From Antedon mediterranea (lineage: Eukaryota > Animalia > Echinodermata), in the NCBI RefSeq assembly GCF_964355755.1, contig NC_092672.1, positions 34,292,437-34,356,436 on the forward strand: DNA of 64,000 bases, given 5' to 3'. The translations under genes were made by a program, and so were the position numbers. The notes below the pieces were generated by a model. It made no database searches. It saw only the letters and a program-made list of their open reading frames with translations, and was not told the origin of the DNA. Below are positions 36,701 to 48,800 of the stretch, one piece after another; within the stretch, counting starts at the first letter, position 1; every line of letters starts with the position of its first letter.

Positions 36701-39700
36701 GGGCACATCACATTTTGTCACATAAAGTTTGATAGCGTTTGACAGATCTTTAGGTTAGGCCTAGCTTGCTATGGTATTATAATAGTGTGTTGGATTGATC
36801 CACACACAATAACCAGCCTAAAGACCTTATTGCAATTCACTCCTAAGAGTACACTATTCGAAAAGAGTAGGGGATCGTCTCCCGGTGTGCTGATCTGGTA
36901 GGCGCTGCACTGCTGGCTGCCGTTAAGCTTGAGGACAAATATGAATACCTTTACCTTTATATACAAAATGTATTGGTTCCAGCTAGAAATGTATCATGTA
37001 TGTATTCAAATATTTATTTCCTTACATTTGTTTTTGAAGGAAGAGATTTCAAAGCAGAAAAAGAGTTTAAGGGATTACTTTGTGGAAGGAGAAGGCAAGT
37101 CATGCTTGTTGACGTCACTTTATATCCAGTTGCAGAAAGACAGAGAAAGGTTTGTGAATTTGTTCTGGCCCTTGTAATCCAGTCTTTAATAGTCCGTTCA
37201 TTAGTTCAATTTGAAATATCCAAAATTGAGATGTATTATCTTTCTTATTTACTAATTTATTTTGTTCATGTTTTTTCTATATAAAGGCAACCTCTTGAGC
37301 ATTTATGGGGTGAGAAGTGTATTCATGAAAGTATGATGGGTTTGAAGTTCAGAATATCACCAGAAGCTTTCTTTCAAGGTAAGCTTTATTTTTTGTTATA
37401 TTTATTTTATGCATCCTTAAAGAGGGCACCCTTTCCAGTTTTGGCCGGTGGATTAACTGATATTCAGGAACCCTCAACAAGTAATAATCATAAATATTAA
37501 ATTAAGAATATCAGAATCGATATATAATAACTATAACTATAATATCAAATAATCAGTGTAAAAATATATCAAAAGCTATCTGGCCATGTTATTATCTAGA
37601 TAATCTACAGTATGTACATTATCTAGATAATCTACATTATGTACATTATCTAGATAATCTACAGTATGTACATTATCTAGATAATCTACAGTATGTACAT
37701 TATCTAGATAATCTACAGTATGTACATTATCTAGATAATCTACAGTATGTACATTATCTAGATAATCTACAGTATGTACATTATCTAGATAATCTACAGT
37801 ATGTACATTTTCTAGATAATCTACAGTATGTACCATCTTAGTTCAATTGTTTAGTTCAATTTTGTTTGTATTTTAGTAAACACAAAGGCAGCTGAAATTT
37901 TATATAAAACGATTGCTGATTGGTGCGGTGCTACTAAAAAATCGACAGTATTAGATGTATGTTGTGGTACTGGGACCATAGGGATATCCATAGCTAAGGT
38001 AGGTGGAAAGAAATGAATACAGTTTGAGTTGAACTACTGTTAAACAGAGTCTACACTATCAAACTAGTTATCTAGTGTAATGTGACATTTCTAGAAATTC
38101 TTTAAGTGTAGACAGAGCTTAAAAAATAGATTCTATTGATGACATTTTAAGTTCGTACACAGTTTATTTACATGATGTATCTCAAACATGTATTTATCAT
38201 TTAAAACAATGTATTGTATTGTTTTATTTTAGAATGTTCATCGAGTTATTGGTGTGGAGATGAATGAACAAGCTACCCATGATGCAAAGGAAAATGCTAA
38301 ATTGAATGGTGGGTAAATTCAGTGTTTACTAGTATGACTCTTAGCAACAATATTCTAAAGAATTTTCATCTTTAAAAACAAGCACGAATGTGCGATACTC
38401 GGGGTACAGCAAACGAAGCTGTAATGACGTCATAAGACCGGATGTGACGTCACATACACATCAATAACCCCGCTACCAAATACGGCTATACGGTACCATC
38501 TTCGAGACGTCATATGGCTGCATCCGATTTGAAATTTAAAAATACGGTTCTATAGCTTTGAGGACATGTCCCTGTAGTATATTGATGCCAAATCCCAGCT
38601 CAATACTACAACTAATAAGGAGGAGTAGTACTTTATAAATCGCACTTTTTACTCGATAGTGTCCAGATGGAAGAAGAAGAAGAAGAAGAGGAGAAGATGA
38701 GAGAGTACTAGACTCGGGTATCCCGAGTAAAAATTAACCTAGTTGTATTTTTGTATATATCATTACAGCTTTTGTGAATTATTTGTTATTTTTCTTTGTT
38801 TATTTTGTCCAGGTATTGATAACATTGAGTTTCATTGTGGTAAAGCTGAAGATGTGATGCCTAGCCTCACTAGTACCTTAGAGAATTGTAAAGATATCAT
38901 TGCAATAGTTGATCCTCCCAGAGCTGGTTTACGTAAGTTGCTTCATTGTCAAACAGTCTCTCCAGATGTCCAAATTGAATCTTCATCTCTCCATCTCTTT
39001 GTAAACAAGTTATCGTTAATAATTGTCAAACATCTTTGAAAATGAGCTACTAATAGTATCAACATTTATCCCCAAACCTTCAGGGAATACATTGAGTTTG
39101 TTGGTAAATGTTTTTATTCCATTTGCTTGAAGTGTCTGTTGAATTTGAATATAGGGTCCCTGCCTAGATTGTTGAATTTGAACATAGGGTCTCTGCCTAG
39201 ATTGTTGAATTTGAACATAGGGTCCCTGCCTCAATTGTTGAATTTGAACATAGGGTCCCTGCCTCAATTGTTGAATTTGAACATAGGGTCCCTGCCTAGA
39301 TTGTTGAATTTGAACATAGGGTCCCTGCCTCAATTGTTGAATTTGAACATAGGGTCCCTGCCTCAATTGTTGAATTTGAACATAGGGTCCCTGCCTCAAT
39401 TGTTGAATTTGAACATAGGGTCCCTGCCTAGATTGTTGAATTTGAACATTGGGTCCCTGCCTCAATTGTTGAATTTGTACATAGGGTCCCTGCCTCAATT
39501 GTTGAATTTGAACATAGGGTCCCTGCCTCAATTGTTGAATTTGAATATAGGGTCCCTGCCTCAATTGTTGAATTTGTACATAGGGTCCCTGCCTAGATTG
39601 TTGAATTTGAATATAGGGTCCCTGCCTCAATTGTTGAATTTGTACATAGGGTCCCTGCCTCAATTGTTGAATTTGAACATAGGGTCCCTGCCTCAATTGT

Positions 39701-42019
39701 TGAATTTGAATATAGGGTCCCTGCCTAGATTGTTGAATTTGAACATTGGGTCCCTGCCTCAATTGTTGAATTTGTACATAGGGTCCCTGCCTCAATTGTT
39801 GAATTTGAACATAGGGTCCCTGCCTAGATTGTTGAATTTGAATATAGGGTCCCTGCCTCAATTGTTGAATTTGTACATAGGGTCCCTGCCTCAATTGTTG
39901 AATTTGAACATAGGGTCCCTGCCTCAATTGTTGAATTTGAATATAGGGTCCCTGCCTAGATTGTTGAATTTGAACATTGGGTCCCTGCCTCAATTGTTGA
40001 ATTTGTACATAGGGTCCCTGCCTAGATTGTTGAATTTGAACATAGGGTCCCTGCCTCAATTGTTGAATTTGTACATAGGGTCCCTGCCTAGATTGTTGAA
40101 TTTGAATATAGGGTCCCTGCCTCAATTGTTGAATTTGTACATAGGGTCCCTGCCTCAATTGTTGAATTTGAACATAGGGTCCCTGCCTCAATTGTTGAAT
40201 TTGAATATAGGGTCCCTGCCTAGATTGTTGAATTTGAACATTGGGTCCCTGCCTCAATTGTTGAATTTGTACATAGGGTCCCTGCCTCAATTGTTGAATT
40301 TGAACATAGGGTCCCTGCCTAGATTGTTGAATTTGAACATTGGGTCCCTGCCTCAATTGTTGAATTTGTACATAGGGTCCCTGCCTCAATTGTTGAATTT
40401 GAACATAGGGTCCCTGCCTAGATTGTTGAATTTGAACATTGGGTCCCTGCCTCAATTGTTGAATTTGAACATAGGGTCCCTGCCTAGATTGTTGAATTTG
40501 AACATAGGGTCCCTGCCTCAATTGTTGAATTTGAACATAGGGTCCCTGCCTAGATTGTTGAATTTGAACATTGGGTCCCTGCCTCAATTGTTGAATTTGT
40601 ACATAGGGTCCCTGCCTCAATTGTTGAAGTTGAACATAGGGTCTCTGCCTCAATTGTTGAATTTGAACATAGGGTCTCTGCCTCAATTGTTGAATTTGAA
40701 CATAGGGTCCCTGCCTCAATTGTTGAATTTGTACATAGGGTCCCTGCCTCAATTGTTGAATTTGAACATAGGGTCCCTGCCTCAATTGTTGAATTTGTAC
40801 ATAGGGTCCCTGCCTCAATTGTTGAATTTGAACATAGGGTCTCTGCCTCAATTGTTGAATTTGATCATAGGGTATCTGCCTCAATTGTTTAATTTGAACA
40901 TAGGGTCTCTGCCTCAATTGTTGAATTTGAACATAGGGTTCATGCCTCAATTGTTGAATTTGAACATAGGGTATCTGCCTCAATTGTTGAATTTGAACAT
41001 AGGGTCTCTGCCTCAATTGTTGAATTTGAACATAGGGTCCCTGCCTCAATTGTTGAATTTGTACATAGGGTCCCTGCCTCAATTGTTGAATTTGAACATA
41101 GGGTCTCTGCCTCAATTGTTGAATTTGATCATAGGGTATCTGCCTCAATTGTTTAATTTGAACATAGGGTCTCTGCCTCAATTGTTGAATTTGAACATAG
41201 GGTCCCTGCCTCAATTGTTGAATTTGAACATAGGGTATCTGCCTCAATTGTTGAATTTGAACATAGGGTCCCTGCCTCAATTGTTGAATTTGAACATAGG
41301 GTCCCTGCCTCAATTGTTGAATTTGAACATAGGGTCCCTGCCTCAATTGTTGAATTTGAACATAGGGTCCCTGCCTCAATTGTTGAATTTGAACATAGGG
41401 TCTCTGCCTCAATTGTTGAATTTGAACATAGGGTCTCTGCCTCAATTGTTGAATATGCCTTTTATTTGTTCTTGATCCAGATAAGAAAGTGATTGAATCA
41501 ATAAGAAGATGTGCATACTTAGAGAAGCTTGTCTACGTGTCATGCAACCCGAATATTGCTATTGGAAACTTTGTAGAGTAAGTACTATTTTGTCGAATGT
41601 TGCTTGCCATACTTTTTATCAATTTAAATATTGAATAAAAGCATACTCGGAAGAAGTACAGTTAAGTATGTATTTTACTCATTTTGATTGTGGGTATACT
41701 GTGTGATTTACTTGAGTTTTTTTACGATTAATTTGATTAAATAATTTTTTTTTTTAATTTCAGTTTATGTAGGCGAATATCCATCAAGAGTAAAGGAGTT
41801 CCGTTCCGTCTTGTGAAAGCGGTTCCCGTTGACCTCTTCCCGCACACCCCTCATTGCGAACTTCTTATGTTATTTGAGCGCACTCTATGCAACGCGAAAG
41901 ATGACCAGGCTAGTGAAGATAATGTGAAAGAAGAAAATGTAGAGACATCTGAGATGGCGGATGATGACGATGATGTGGGTACAGATAAAACTGTAGAGGA
42001 ATCGGATGCAATATCTTAA
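30800..42019 (+). CDS. TRMT2A: tRNA (uracil-5-)-methyltransferase homolog A, 15 coding exons
   Basis: Exons 30800-31066, 31550-31638, 32096-32171, 32691-32803, 33245-33394, 35139-35187, 35408-35507, 36322-36539, 37040-37149, 37287-37378, 37877-37998, 38233-38308, 38813-38932, 41481-41577, 41764-42019. RRM (KIEIQNLP...YAFVTF), [46 protein letters not shown] (catalytic Cys), [11 protein letters not shown]. Start could be ATG 30806. Confidence 0.95.
31663..31865. mobile_element. Palindromic MITE
   Basis: Imperfect long TIRs CCAACTTGGACAACATCGTACGACGAGGCC / GGCCTTGTCGTACGACACTGTCTGAGTTGG. Confidence 0.6.
33658..35109. mobile_element. TIR DNA transposon derivative (GG termini, TAA duplication; Zator- or Harbinger-like) with nested fragments
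   Basis: TAA-GGCCAAATAAAAAAACATACTTGTTAAGCGTCAC...GTGACGCTTAACAAGTATATTTTTTTATTTGGCC-TAA; interior includes a hAT-like start TAGGGCTCGAAATT (33789) and GGCGGCCGAAATGA repeats near 34425-34527. Confidence 0.75.
35557..35791. repeat. 37-bp minisatellite, about 6 copies
   Basis: Unit TGTAACATGAATCAGTGGAGTGGCCGACAGCCATCTC. Confidence 0.95.
37590..37833. repeat. 27-bp minisatellite, about 9 copies
   Basis: Unit TATCTAGATAATCTACAGTATGTACAT. Confidence 0.95.
38378..38733 (-). mobile_element. Helentron-associated / DINE-1-like element
   Basis: On the minus strand: T-run, TACTCGGG with adjacent inverted copy CCCGAGT, (CTT)n microsatellite, 3' subterminal CCCGAGTA, stem-loop GCAC-ATTC-GTGC, CTTGT end into a T-run. 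Confidence 0.75.
39137..41455. repeat. 33-bp minisatellite, about 70 copies, TRMT2A intron 13
   Basis: Unit TTGTTGAATTTGAACATAGGGTCCCTGCCTCAA. Confidence 0.97.
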
Positions 42020-42115
42020 GATACTGAACGGAATGCAATCTCAGTAAACAATAAGTCTACACATAGTGGATGGGCTTTTAATTAAACCTAATTTAAATAG
42101 AAAATGTGTACTTAA

Positions 42116-42741
42116 AGCCCCATTCCCTACGTTTTTTAGATCTAATTTAAGATCACAAACTATATTTAATGTAAAAATAATACTATATGGTCCTATTTCG
42201 ATAACTTTTTTCGTCTTTAAAACGGTTAAAAATGTGAAAAATAAGTCGATTCTAATAATTATAGCGGCCCGCTATAAATCCCAAAATGCATTGCGCGCGG
42301 ATTGATATTTTTGTTTTTCGCCTGTAATTCGCCCACTTTTCGATCGATAGTGAGGCCAAAACAAATGGAAGACTCCTAACTTTTCAGCGAAAATACCGGG
42401 TTTTCCCCAATTTGTATCAACGGAGTCTGGCAAAAATAGAAAGACAATTAATGCAGCAACTATACAACGTCAGGCTAGGTATATAGCTCGCGTACGATGT
42501 TCGTACGTTACCGATGTTTACCAGCTAGGCCTACAAAACTAAGCCTAGCTAGGCTAGGCCTAAGACCGTCCACGAGAGTCGATCGCTGCGAGCTACTTAG
42601 GTAGTGCATTGTTTCTCACTTTTTATCATAATTTACCATAAAACGTACATTTAAGACAAGGAATGACATGGTTTAATGTTTTTAAAGTGATATATATGTA
42701 TTATTTTCCAAAAAACGTCCAAAATTGCAGGGAAGGGGTCT
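42116..42741. mobile_element. Non-autonomous Kolobok-like DNA transposon family B, copy 1
   Basis: TTAA-AGCCCCATTCCCTAC...GCAGGGAAGGGGTCT-TTAA; highly similar to 48930-49544; about 100 bp after the TRMT2A stop. Confidence 0.85.
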
Positions 42742-43739
42742 TTAAGTAATTTGATATGCTATACAATATTAGATTTGGAACACTATAATTTAAATATTCC
42801 TTTAAGTTCTTACAGTGAACGAGAAACTTCTGCAGTGGTATGACAGTAGCATTTAATGCCCTTCCAAACAAAAATTAAACTGAATATGAAAAATGTTCAT
42901 TTTAAAAAAGACACTATAAACTGAACTAACTACACAACTGATTTTATAATATTTTCTGATAGTTAAACCAAAGATAATAAAAGGAGAAGATACAACAGTT
43001 CCGTTGGCGGCGTAAACCACATCCGGGTTACTATTTGCCTACGCCTGAAGGTGGCGCACTTCTTTTTTGCTAGAAGAAGTGCGCCACCTTCAGGCGTGGG
43101 TAAGGTAAAACTATCTATAAAAATGCAAACGATGATTATTTATCAAAATGATTATCAAAATATTAATAATATCAAAATTAGTAGAGCACAGACGCGAGAA
43201 CACATCAGATCATCACGATCCATCCAAACGTGGAATTAGACGGGAACCATATCTAGAGCCCGCCGTCGTTCGGCTGCTGGATTCTTACGCGTCCATATAA
43301 GAGCACGTCCGCGTTTCCTATCCTTCTATATATAACAGCGCGTACTGTTGATTCTTTACCTATTTATATTCTTTGGTTAAACACATTATGCTTTTAAATC
43401 TTTTAAATAAAAAGAATAATTATGACTTGATTAAAATTGAAATACTTTTAAAGAATATATTAATTAGGAATAGTTATACAAGTAGCCCTATCAATAAAAT
43501 TAACAGTGTGGAAAACTTTTGTTTTTGTTTTGTCTGCTATCTGAAACGGAGCTTTTAATTATTGAATGAACATTCATTTGTTATTTATATTAAAGACGTC
43601 AAAAAATTCTAAATAACGTTTACGGTAAATGCACTTAAATTTATTATTGAATTTTCTATTACTGTATTGTCTGTAATTACTTCTTTTTGATGTGGAACCA
43701 AAAAAAGATAATTAATTTAATCTTATATAAGATTGGTAG

Positions 43740-44024
43740 TCGCGGTTACAGTCGTCGTACGTAATTTCAATTACTATTTTCTGGTGTCTGGTAATATGAG
43801 TCTATGTATTACGGAAACGTATCCCTTCTTCGATTGCGACACACACCACCTTTTTCGTCGAACCACCGGGACTAAATCGAATTTGTCCCCGGTACACGTC
43901 ACGCTTAGAACAGGTTGCACTGATTTGTCATTGCTAGCCTAGCTTATTCCATATTGCCGCTTTTGAACTGGATGCCGTGTGCTGATTTCTATGGCTGGCC
44001 CTAAATAATTGCTGAATAATAAGT
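43740..44024 (+). promoter_or_regulatory. Putative OSBP promoter and first exon
   Basis: CpG-rich patch ending at donor GTAAGT (44025); acceptor at 45826 precedes the PH exon. Confidence 0.4.
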
Positions 44025-45847
44025 GTAAGTAGTAACAAATATATGTAGAAAGTGTAAATGAATGGTTGCGAATGATGAGATATCACACGCCGAATAAAAT
44101 TTAAAAAAAAAGGCTAGGCCTAGGCCTAGCCTAGGCCTACTAATATAAGCCTAGCCCGCTAGTAGTAGGCTCTACAGTTATTTAGTAGTAGGCAATCAAC
44201 AGCTGTTTCCGGCTTTGGATAGGTAGGATTTTGCCTGTCATCAGGCCTAGGCTAGAAGTAAGTATCAGCTGGCGTTAATTAAGTCTGTACTGTGTTATGT
44301 TGATAATTATGTTGCATGCTAGCCTATTCACTCACCCATGGGCCATATTTATATGAATGCCATAATAATATCGGAATAATTTAATTATACAAATATCTAA
44401 ATAAATATGTATTCGTATTCGTAATCTTATTCTTAAATTTTATTTGATATTTCTATTTTCCCATTTTGGTATTTTTTTTATAGAAGTGGTAATTGTTGTT
44501 TGTTTGTATTCGCCATAATGTGTACTGTTTAGTGTTATGCACAATTAAAATTTTTTTTTTTTGCGGAATTTGAGTCCAAATAATTGATTGAAATTGCCAT
44601 CCACCAAATTGCCACCCACCATCTCTCTCATTTATCATAAAAAATTGATAATTACGTTGCAAGCACCTTCTGTCATTGAATTGAATTTCTAGGTCATTTT
44701 ATTTACTTTGTATATTTGAATAGCTGGGTTTCAGATTGCCATTTGATTTGATAAAATGTCTATCTGCGTAATTCAAACAGAGCCGTCTAGCAATGTAACA
44801 AAATTAATGTAATGTTAAGAATCTTCTCTAATAGTACACACAGAGGACACAGTCTCCATCCCAATTTGATTTTCAATATAGATTTATTTTTGGAGCAGCT
44901 ACAGTAAGAAACTGAGACTTTTGATTCTTATTATAGAATGAGCGCCATCTCTGTCTTAAAAACACTTAAATATGGTGTGCCAAACAGTCAACTATGTCGT
45001 ACTCTTATTTAAAGTCCTTTATTTTTTAATAAATGACAGCTTTGCGCACCATACAGAACTGTACCAATTATTGTAGTCTGATTTAAATACTATTTTTATC
45101 ACTGTCTCAATCTTGTTCAGTTAATTATGAATGTTGCACAATTATGATGTTTATTCAACGTGAATCACCCACTGCAGATAATATTGACTGGTTGACTTTT
45201 TGTTATGATTATCTGGTGGTATTAATAATACAGAATAATATTACAATATTCATTAGGGACCATGTCAACATTTTAAACTAGATCTACAGTACTTGTATTC
45301 TACCTAGGAGTCATCATTGTCTTGTTAAAGCTCTGTCTACACTACCAAACTAGTCTGACAAAAGTGTGACGTGGCTAAATATGGTAGTGATTATGGTAAT
45401 GATATGACATCATTGTCCATATATGGGCACATCACATTTTTTTCACATAAAATTTGATAGTGTACACAGAGTTTAAGGTTTGGTAAGGTTTGAAACATGA
45501 GGTTTAGAATGAACCACATATTGAAATTCTACAGGTAGAATAGAACTTGTATCTTCTGCTATTAAGTTTCACTTGATAAGCAGAAACAGTTTAAAGTTTA
45601 AACCATGGAACTAAGTTTCCTGGACCCTGGGTATCCTTGGATGCCCAAATATGGTAGTGATATTCCCAAATATGGTAGTGATATGACACCATTGTCCATA
45701 TATGGACACATCACATTTTTTGTCACATAAAGTTTGATAGTGTAGATAGAGTTTTACAGTATGAGTGTATTAATCGTCTAAATATATTAGAAATTTTCCT
45801 TGAAATGTTACCGGTTTTTTTTGCAGGAAAACTATAAAAAGAAGACA

Positions 45848-48800
45848 ATGTCTGATAAAAGCAGTTCTTCTGGAAGTGACCTATTTACAGGTTGGCTATA
45901 TAAATGGACAAACTATCTAAAAGGATATCAAAGAAGATGGTTTAGCCTCTCAGATGGAAGACTATCATACTACAGGTATACTAACTGTTTACTTAACCAG
46001 TTTTAAAATCACCTATAAGCAATCACTAATTAACTACATTTCCTAATTTATCCTTTTTTAATTAATCTTGTATTAGTTAGTTTTAATATTTATGACATAA
46101 TTATTTGATAACATTCAATTTTATTATATTTTTGTTTCTTTTTAATTTTTTTTTGGTCAATATTTATTAGTAAGTTATCAGTTTAGCGCCTTGAGCACTT
46201 TTAGTGGATAGGTGTACTATATAAATTATTATATTATAGTATATTATAGTTTCCGTGTCATGTGGACAACTGCTTAAAGTAATTTTTACTTATTTTGATC
46301 TCCTTTCACACATTGTCTTCTTTTCCCCCCTTTTTTTAAAGATATAAATATCTGTTCTTTTTGTTTAATGTGTGGAAAATAAATAAATGAAACAAACAAA
46401 CAAACTTAATATTCATAATGGGCCAAGTAAATGGTAATAATCCCACCAGAGTGAGAGAATTCATTCTTAAGCTCTGTCTACACTGTCGACTTTATTATGT
46501 TGTGACAAAATAATGTGATGTGCCCATGTATGGACATGATGATGTCACTACCATATTTTTGCATAAGAGTTAAGACAAGAACAGTCCTCATAAATCATTC
46601 ATTATTTCAAAGAAGACATTTCTAGTTAATGCTAAAAATGATTGATTATAATATACTGTAATAAATCTACATTTTACTAGTTCAGTATTTCTAATGGCCG
46701 CAGGAAATAATAGATTATCAATTATATAAATTTTTATTCAATTATTTTTTAAAGTATTTGAAACGGATCAATTTTTAATAAAAAATTAAAAGCACTCAAT
46801 CACTTATTGTCATTTAAAAAAATAATCAGCAACAACAATTCCGATTCCAATTATTTAACTAATTGTTAATGTTAGAGTTTATACTGAATTGTTTTCATTT
46901 CAAGGCGCAGATTATTATTATTAACGATTATTGACACAAAATATAATCGATAAAACATTTACCGTAAAAGCCGATTGCCAAACAGGTTTTTTTTGGTTAA
47001 ATTTAACTGTTTTTTTGTCTTTTATAACCATTATTTTTACCGTATCCCATTTTTTATGCGGAAGTGAATTAACTTAATATCAAAACTATGCAGAATGGCC
47101 TATTGAAAGTGTTGATACATCTTTATTTTTTTTTGTTTTGCGTCGAAGTAAATCTTCAAGGAAGTCTAGTTTCTTTGTTTTTGATTAAAAAAGCATTCTA
47201 TAAATATCTTTATGGTGAAATGAAGATGATGTGAATGGAATATATTTCCATGTAATATTGATTATTGATATGAACATGTGCTGTACTAAAATAAATTATG
47301 TTAAAATTAAAACCTTGAATAATACAAGGTACTGTATCAAATAAACAGTATTGTTAAGAGTGAACTGTTAATGAGAAAAATATTATGATTAATATTAAAT
47401 TATTACTATTTTTATTAATATTATGGTTCTTGTTTTAGAACGAGTCTTCTCTGATAAGGACTATAAACCGTAGGTCCAGTGTACACATCTAGTTCATGTG
47501 CATTTTAAAGAACCTAGTACATCTTTCGTGATGAGTAGGAAGTTACCCGGTGTACTAGTTCACACACAGCCACTGTCACAAACTCATAATAGTGCTATAC
47601 ACTGGGCCTCCTGAGAGAACAGTCTTTGACTGAAGAGGCTACCCAGTATACAGTAAAGAATAAGTGCTAAAAAAATAATAATAATTATAATACAGTAGAT
47701 ACAGTATATTAAACATTGTTCGTTTCTTCAATACTAATAATTGAATAATATTTCTACAGTTATCAGTTATCAATAGGCAGCACTTGCCAGCTTTATACTA
47801 TGACGTTATCCAAATTCCTTCACTTGCACTGATGAAGGGCTAGTGTTGCTCGAAAGCTCTGCTAACTTTTCTGGCTGTTTTACTTCTCGTTTTGATTTAG
47901 CTTTTCACTTTTATTTTGTATCTCCATTGAGATCCAGCCACTGATGATACCCACAGCATTGTCATTTTTTCAGTAATTTGCCTTTGGATTTATATATAAT
48001 AACACACAAAGAACAACAGAACAAACATTCCCAAAGATGGCTAGTTAGAAGTAGGACTCATTTTATAATACCATTCTATTATCTACACATTCAATATTTT
48101 TTAATGAAAATGTTGGCTGGTAAAATGTATCAATTCCATTAAAAAAAGGTTGGTTATCAATATCACATTATAATACAGAGAATGTTAGTACATTATCAAA
48201 AGCAAGAATATTATATTATTTTATTGATAGTAGTTAAATTCATATTTAATGTTTATGGCTTTTTATGGCAATTTACGTACTGTATAGTAAAAAAAATAAT
48301 TTATTGTAATGTTTTTTTTTAAAGGCTTATGTTTGATATTCCTTTGGTTGGTCAATAAAAACCGCATTATAATAAGTTCTATTGTCAATTATTTTTATAT
48401 TACAGAACGCAAGCAGAAGTTGCTCATACATGTCGTGGTACCATTAATCTAGCAGGTGCTTATATCGACACGGAAGATTCATGTAATTTTGTAATCTCTA
48501 GCGGAACACAGACATTTCATTTGAAAGCCGGCTCAGAGGTAGAGAGGCAGAAATGGGTGACTGCGTTAGAACTAGCAAAAGCCAAGGCCATTCGTATGAC
48601 TGAAGAATTCTCAGGTAGCTTTTTATATCTTTTATTGAAATTTTTTTTAATATAACATAATCATCATGTTATTCTGTTATTTATTAATTTAATTCTTTGT
48701 TGTTTAGGTATGGCCCCTTCTCATCGCCTAGCAAAACCTTAGGAGGTTTGGGGTGGGGGGACAGATTATGTATAAAATGTCCAGGTTTTTAAACTTTTGT

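Noticed and set aside
39016-41475. 809-aa and 782-aa ORFs (LRR-like and Gln-rich repeats)
   Set aside because: Translations of a 33-bp minisatellite inside a TRMT2A intron; unit length divisible by 3 without stops explains them.
47600-47647. Branched stem-loop ACTGGG...CCCAGT as a ribozyme
   Set aside because: Core order does not fit; better explained as the LINE-derived 3' tail of the SINE.
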